Shown here: piece by piece, positions 59,641 to 64,000 of the stretch
Position numbering within the stretch: the stretch's first letter is position 1
Layout: every line of letters starts with the position of its first letter
Translations under genes and position numbers: made by a program
NCBI GenBank assembly: GCA_963722255.1
Contig: CAVRJO010000001.1
Coordinates: forward strand, 576,001 to 640,000
Length of the DNA stretch: 64,000 bases
Direction: 5' to 3'
DNA from: Candidatus Babeliales bacterium
Lineage (GTDB): Bacteria; Babelota; Babeliae; Babelales; JANWKD01
Notes under the pieces: model-generated
Databases searched by the model: none
Told to the model about the DNA's origin: nothing
The model's input: the letters and a program-made list of their open reading frames with translations, nothing else

Positions 59641-62385
59641 TCAAAATTTCCATCGCATTTCGACTTCACCGCCAAAATCAGCTCGTTCATCACGGATGCC
59701 ACGAAAGGTAATATCATCTGAGAAAAAATATTCCACTTCAAACTTGATATCTTCAGATAAACTAAAGTTTTTTTGAATCATAGCGCGCAATTGATCATTA
59801 ACATCAATTTCAATCGAGCCTCTGAAACCCCCTCTACCGGATTGATCTGAAAATCCCGGTATAAATCTAATATGCTTTAATGGTTCCAAAAGACTTTTAA
59901 AATACCCTTCCAATTTTAAGGCAGATTGCTCCGGTCCAAAAATAACATTTTGCAGCTTTTGCATAATTAACGCCGGCATCGCTAAACTCAATGAACCCTC
60001 TTCGGTACCGGCTAAAAGCAATGTTATTATCTGCTCTTCTGAAAGAGGCGGCGTCGACTCAAAACTAATATTGGGATGCTGCAAAGAACCATTACATCGC
60101 AAGAGCACATGATATTTTCTAATTTTACCTTTTGCAATAAGTTCAACAGTAGGATCATACAGTTGATGGGGTAAAAAATAGAGCATTCCATGGGTAATGC
60201 TTAATGGACGATAGGGAAAAGCTAATGTACCATTGACCAGATTAAGCGATCCTGAAAGTTCAGGATTTTGCAATGAGCCATGGAGTGCAGCATCAATTTG
60301 AACCTGCATCTCTAAAAATGATGTTTTAACTTCAACAGGTTTTTTTGTTTCAACAGTGAGGTCAATAAGCAAATCTTTATTTTCAGAAGAAAAAATTCCA
60401 TTAAAAAATGGTAATCCCACGCTTTGGCTTCCCCCAAATTGAGAAAATATATTTTTTTTACAATAACTGCGATCAATAATAAGATTCCCCTGCAATTCCA
60501 ATTCCTGATCACGCAATGATCTAAAAAGGAGAAAACCTGAAACGACAGCAAAGACATCCTTCTGCACCGTTAAAAAAGCCTTTTTTAACAAAATAGGCAG
60601 ATAGGCAGATTGTAGCACTCCTCGTTCATCAAAACGCATCACTGCACGCTTACACTCTAAATTTCCCTTATCAAGTTCAATGACGCCTTCGGTTATGGTT
60701 GCGGTTCTGGTGACATAATCAAAAGCAACTGCAGCACGAATATCACGAACAATAGTATAGGTACAAGGTACTCGTATATTACCTTCTTTTAAAATCAAGT
60801 TTGTTTTAATCGTTGTACCATCTCGCTCTGCAGTTATTTCAAAAACACCTTGCCCGGGAAGTTTATAATGAAAAAGAGTGGCCCCTAAATCTTTTAACAA
60901 CGCTACATCCACTATACCTTGCATAGCTTCATTGTTATAGGTAATATCTAATAATGGTTTTTCTTTATTTTCATAAATAGAACAATGCGATAAAGCAAGA
61001 GAAGGTTTCAACAAAAGATCTATATCAAATTTTTTTGTTGCGCAATTTCCACGTAAGGCCATAGAAGAATCAGTACAGTTTAGTTCTCCTTCTAATAACC
61101 AGGGATCATGCACATGTGCATGAGTGCAATTACAATGATATGAACCAGTAACTAATGAGTCTTTGAGTGCTACATGCAATGAACCATTATGCAAAATTAA
61201 ACCAAATGGAGACCACAGCGGCATTATGGTATTTGTTTCTATGGTAGCAGTTCCTTGACCCAACATTTCATCATAATAAAGATCGGCATGCAAATCTTCC
61301 TGCAAACTATGAGCATTACAATGCTGAGCCCTACAGCGCAATACCTTATCAACATACGTTGCAAAGAGCTGCACATCTCCAAAACTTTTTTCACCGCATC
61401 GTATATCTTTGCAGAAAATCTCTCCTTCTAAATCAACCGTTTTAGCTATATCTATATGCATTTGGCAATGTCCATTTCCTTCCAATTCAACATTGTGCAA
61501 CAAAGGGACTAGTTGGCTAAAATAGTTCAAGGGAATCGTACAACTTAGATCACCGGAAATGCCTTCTGCTTTTTTAACCCAATTATATAATGAAAATGCA
61601 TAGGTAGCATCTGAGGTATGCAAAAAAAATTGTCCATGCTCTTTGTGCCATTGTCCATCAATATGACACATGTTTTTTCCACCCGGTAAATGAGATAAGT
61701 GTAATGTTCCTTCCATTACGGCATCTAGTATCGGCTGCTTAGAATTAACAAGCGAAATATGCATCGATCCATTAAAAGCATCAAACATCTTATGTTGATT
61801 CAAAAACAAAGTGCCCTTCTCAACTGCTAAATGAACATAGAGAGTATTTTGGATATTACCATAACTTCCATTAAAATTTGTTGAATATTCCAGTTTTCTT
61901 TCAGCATCAATAAGGCGAAAAAAACCTTTAGTAATGGTTAACGCCTTCAGTGTCGCCGGAAATCCTTCTGCTCCGGCAATAAAACTTTGTAAGTGGTCAA
62001 TTATGAGGATATGAGAATCTACAAGATGAGAATGCGATGATAATCTATTCAAACTTACCGATACATCAAATTTGCCGCGCAAAATATATGATAACCATGA
62101 AAATTGAATGCTAAATTGCTCTGACTTCCAGGACCATGCATTATCATTCTCTAAAGAAGTTACCGTAACGTTTTCCAGATCAATTTCACCGGTTACAATA
62201 TTTACGTGTTTTACAGAACCATTTAAACGACTTTTAAAAGCATGCAAAAATATCTGTTTTACCTGTGTTTCAACAACTTTTTTAAATGAAGAATCATAGG
62301 GTAACAAAAAAAGGATCGTAAGAACTCCAATTACGAATGCTACACTAACTGCAGCAAGAAACCTAATGCATACCCCAAATTTCAT
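59641..62385 (-). CDS. TamB/AsmA-like (DUF490) protein
   Basis: N-terminal TM, long beta-rich body, C-terminal G....P.L.G, DP.., L..P.I.F.STPPLSEEQI..LL, terminal RWKF. Confidence 0.75.
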   Translation of the reverse strand: MKFGVCIRFLAAVSVAFVIGVLTILFLLPYDSSFKKVVETQVKQIFLHAFKSRLNGSVKHVNIVTGEIDLENVTVTSLENDNAWSWKSEQFSIQFSWLSYILRGKFDVSVSLNRLSSHSHLVDSHILIIDHLQSFIAGAEGFPATLKALTITKGFFRLIDAERKLEYSTNFNGSYGNIQNTLYVHLAVEKGTLFLNQHKMFDAFNGSMHISLVNSKQPILDAVMEGTLHLSHLPGGKNMCHIDGQWHKEHGQFFLHTSDATYAFSLYNWVKKAEGISGDLSCTIPLNYFSQLVPLLHNVELEGNGHCQMHIDIAKTVDLEGEIFCKDIRCGEKSFGDVQLFATYVDKVLRCRAQHCNAHSLQEDLHADLYYDEMLGQGTATIETNTIMPLWSPFGLILHNGSLHVALKDSLVTGSYHCNCTHAHVHDPWLLEGELNCTDSSMALRGNCATKKFDIDLLLKPSLALSHCSIYENKEKPLLDITYNNEAMQGIVDVALLKDLGATLFHYKLPGQGVFEITAERDGTTIKTNLILKEGNIRVPCTYTIVRDIRAAVAFDYVTRTATITEGVIELDKGNLECKRAVMRFDERGVLQSAYLPILLKKAFLTVQKDVFAVVSGFLLFRSLRDQELELQGNLIIDRSYCKKNIFSQFGGSQSVGLPFFNGIFSSENKDLLIDLTVETKKPVEVKTSFLEMQVQIDAALHGSLQNPELSGSLNLVNGTLAFPYRPLSITHGMLYFLPHQLYDPTVELIAKGKIRKYHVLLRCNGSLQHPNISFESTPPLSEEQIITLLLAGTEEGSLSLAMPALIMQKLQNVIFGPEQSALKLEGYFKSLLEPLKHIRFIPGFSDQSGRGGFRGSIEIDVNDQLRAMIQKNFSLSEDIKFEVEYFFSDDITFRGIRDERADFGGEVEMRWKF

Positions 62386-62879
62386 GATACCAAAGTCCAA
62401 CGATCTTGGTATTCATAATGTCGTATAAAGGGCACTTGTCCTGATGGTATTGTCAATGCGCTACAGCGACTATTTTCTGCATCAAGAAAATAGATAGTTC
62501 CTGAACTTATCGTTCCATCAGCATAGAAGGTTATTGTGTTATTCACAAAGGTAATTGCCTTTTCAATTAAACGCGTCGGATTCGAAGGGGGTCCATGGAG
62601 CGTGGGCAGAAAACCAAAATGAAGACCCTGCGTAAGCTTTTGATTTTTATACTTTGTTGCATAACAGCCCTGCGCACAATCAAAGGTTAAGGTAAGATCC
62701 TGATGTGTTGCCATTGCGCAATTGCGAAGATAAAAACATTCAGCTATCAACTTTTGAACTTCAGTTCGTGCTATCTGCCTTTTTAAAAAAATAAACTGAG
62801 GTGTTGCAAGCGTTACAACTATAAGAATAAGCGCAAGCACAAGCGCAACTTCTAATAATAAAAATCCCGCACACTTCAT
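62382..62879 (-). CDS. Type II secretion/type IV pilus pseudopilin (GspH/FimT-like)
   Basis: Prepilin cleavage motif G|FLLLE + hydrophobic helix; ITFYADG..SSGTIY. Confidence 0.8.
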   Translation of the reverse strand: MKCAGFLLLEVALVLALILIVVTLATPQFIFLKRQIARTEVQKLIAECFYLRNCAMATHQDLTLTFDCAQGCYATKYKNQKLTQGLHFGFLPTLHGPPSNPTRLIEKAITFVNNTITFYADGTISSGTIYFLDAENSRCSALTIPSGQVPFIRHYEYQDRWTLVS

Positions 62880-62893
62880 AAAAAGTCCATTTT

Positions 62894-64000
62894 TTATTCC
62901 GGTTGATCCTCTTCTGATGTTGCAACACGCAAAACCTCTTCAGGCGTTGTTAACCCTAAAGCAATCTTTGCTATACCATCTTGAATTAACAAGGTCATAC
63001 CATCGGCAACCGCTTGTCGACGTATAACTGATGCATCTGCTTTTTCAATAGTTAATTTAGCAATATCATTGGTCATTTCCATAATTTCAAAAATTGCCAA
63101 TCGTCCTTTATAACCATTAACACAGTCTTCACAGCCAACCGGTTTATAAAAGGTTATGGTGGCAGCTTTTTCCTTACTCAATCCTAATAAACGAATGACC
63201 TCATCATCGGGCGTATAGGGTTGCTTCGATTTAGGGCATAATTTTCTTACAAGCCTTTGCGCTAAAACACTCACGACTGATGATGCAATTAAAAAAGGTT
63301 CAATTCCCATATCAATTAAACGCGTAATACTTGCTGGTGCATTATTAGTATGAATAGTCGTTAACACCAAATGGCCCGTCAGAGCAGCTTGAATTGCAAT
63401 CTGAGCAGTTTCAGCATCACGTGTTTCACCGATCATCACAATGTCAGGATCTTGCCGTAAAATAGACCGCAATGCTGCAGCAAAAGTTAATCCAACTTTT
63501 GCATTAACCTGCACCTGTCCAATGCCAGCCATTTGATACTCAACAGGATCTTCCACCGTAACAACGTTTACATCTGGCTTATTAAGTCGGCTTAAAATAG
63601 AATACAACGTCGATGTTTTACCGGAACCTGTTGGGCCTGAAACCAAAATAATACCATTTGCTCGTGCAGTACTCTTTTTTATAACATCAAAATCACGTTT
63701 ACTAAAGCCCAGTTGTTCTAGTGCTCCAAATGTTTTTGATTTATCAAGTAATCGCATAACAATACGTTCACCAAAACTAACCGGTAGCACTGAGACACGA
63801 ATATCAATCGCTTTATCAGCAACTTTTATCTGAATTCTTCCATCTTGTGGTAATCTTTTTTCTGCAATATTTAAATTTGCCATAATTTTAATACGAGATG
63901 ACAATGCAGATTGAACTCGCTTTGGTGGTGTAAATGCCGGATACATAATACCATCAATGCGGTATCTCACTCGTACTTCTTTTTCATAGGGCTCAATATG
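62894..64000 (-). CDS. gspE: GspE/PilB-family secretion ATPase (5'-truncated by window edge)
   Basis: [56 protein letters not shown]. Confidence 0.9.
   Translation of the reverse strand, partial: HIEPYEKEVRVRYRIDGIMYPAFTPPKRVQSALSSRIKIMANLNIAEKRLPQDGRIQIKVADKAIDIRVSVLPVSFGERIVMRLLDKSKTFGALEQLGFSKRDFDVIKKSTARANGIILVSGPTGSGKTSTLYSILSRLNKPDVNVVTVEDPVEYQMAGIGQVQVNAKVGLTFAAALRSILRQDPDIVMIGETRDAETAQIAIQAALTGHLVLTTIHTNNAPASITRLIDMGIEPFLIASSVVSVLAQRLVRKLCPKSKQPYTPDDEVIRLLGLSKEKAATITFYKPVGCEDCVNGYKGRLAIFEIMEMTNDIAKLTIEKADASVIRRQAVADGMTLLIQDGIAKIALGLTTPEEVLRVATSEEDQPE

Overview
AT-rich bacterial chromosomal window. The gene content suggests a protist-associated intracellular bacterium, plausibly Ca. 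Dependentiae/Babelota (inference only): many signal-peptide proteins with eukaryote-like ANK, WD40, LRR, Skp1/BTB and ubiquitin-like domains, plus T2SS genes. Layout: (1) 0-14.6 kb holds tRNA-Arg(ACG) and tRNA-Ser(TGA), dispersed structured repeats, a carotenoid-oxygenase homolog that has lost all four Fe-ligand histidines, and candidate effectors, including a pair sharing a BC-box/Cul2-box-like domain fused to WD40 or ubiquitin-like modules. (2) 14.7-30 kb is an accessory/conflict region: an Mrr-like nuclease-SF2 helicase-4x zinc-ribbon gene, a Bro-N protein, a 1186-aa secreted protein with a PD-(D/E)xK-like tip followed by an immunity-like gene and orphan remnants (polymorphic toxin architecture), and more effectors. 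(3) 30-35.5 kb is housekeeping (trxA, DJ-1, rsmE, VOC, partial ComEC). (4) 35.6-59.6 kb is a glycan-modification island whose enzymes mostly carry N-terminal signal/anchor peptides (NodZ-like x2, GT2, GT47-like, FkbM, sulfotransferase, split STELLO/DUF288); it is hit by four IS5-family elements and a decayed group IIC intron. (5) 59.6-64 kb encodes a TamB-like protein, a pseudopilin and a GspE/PilB ATPase. All family calls come from motif recognition by eye; no searches were run.
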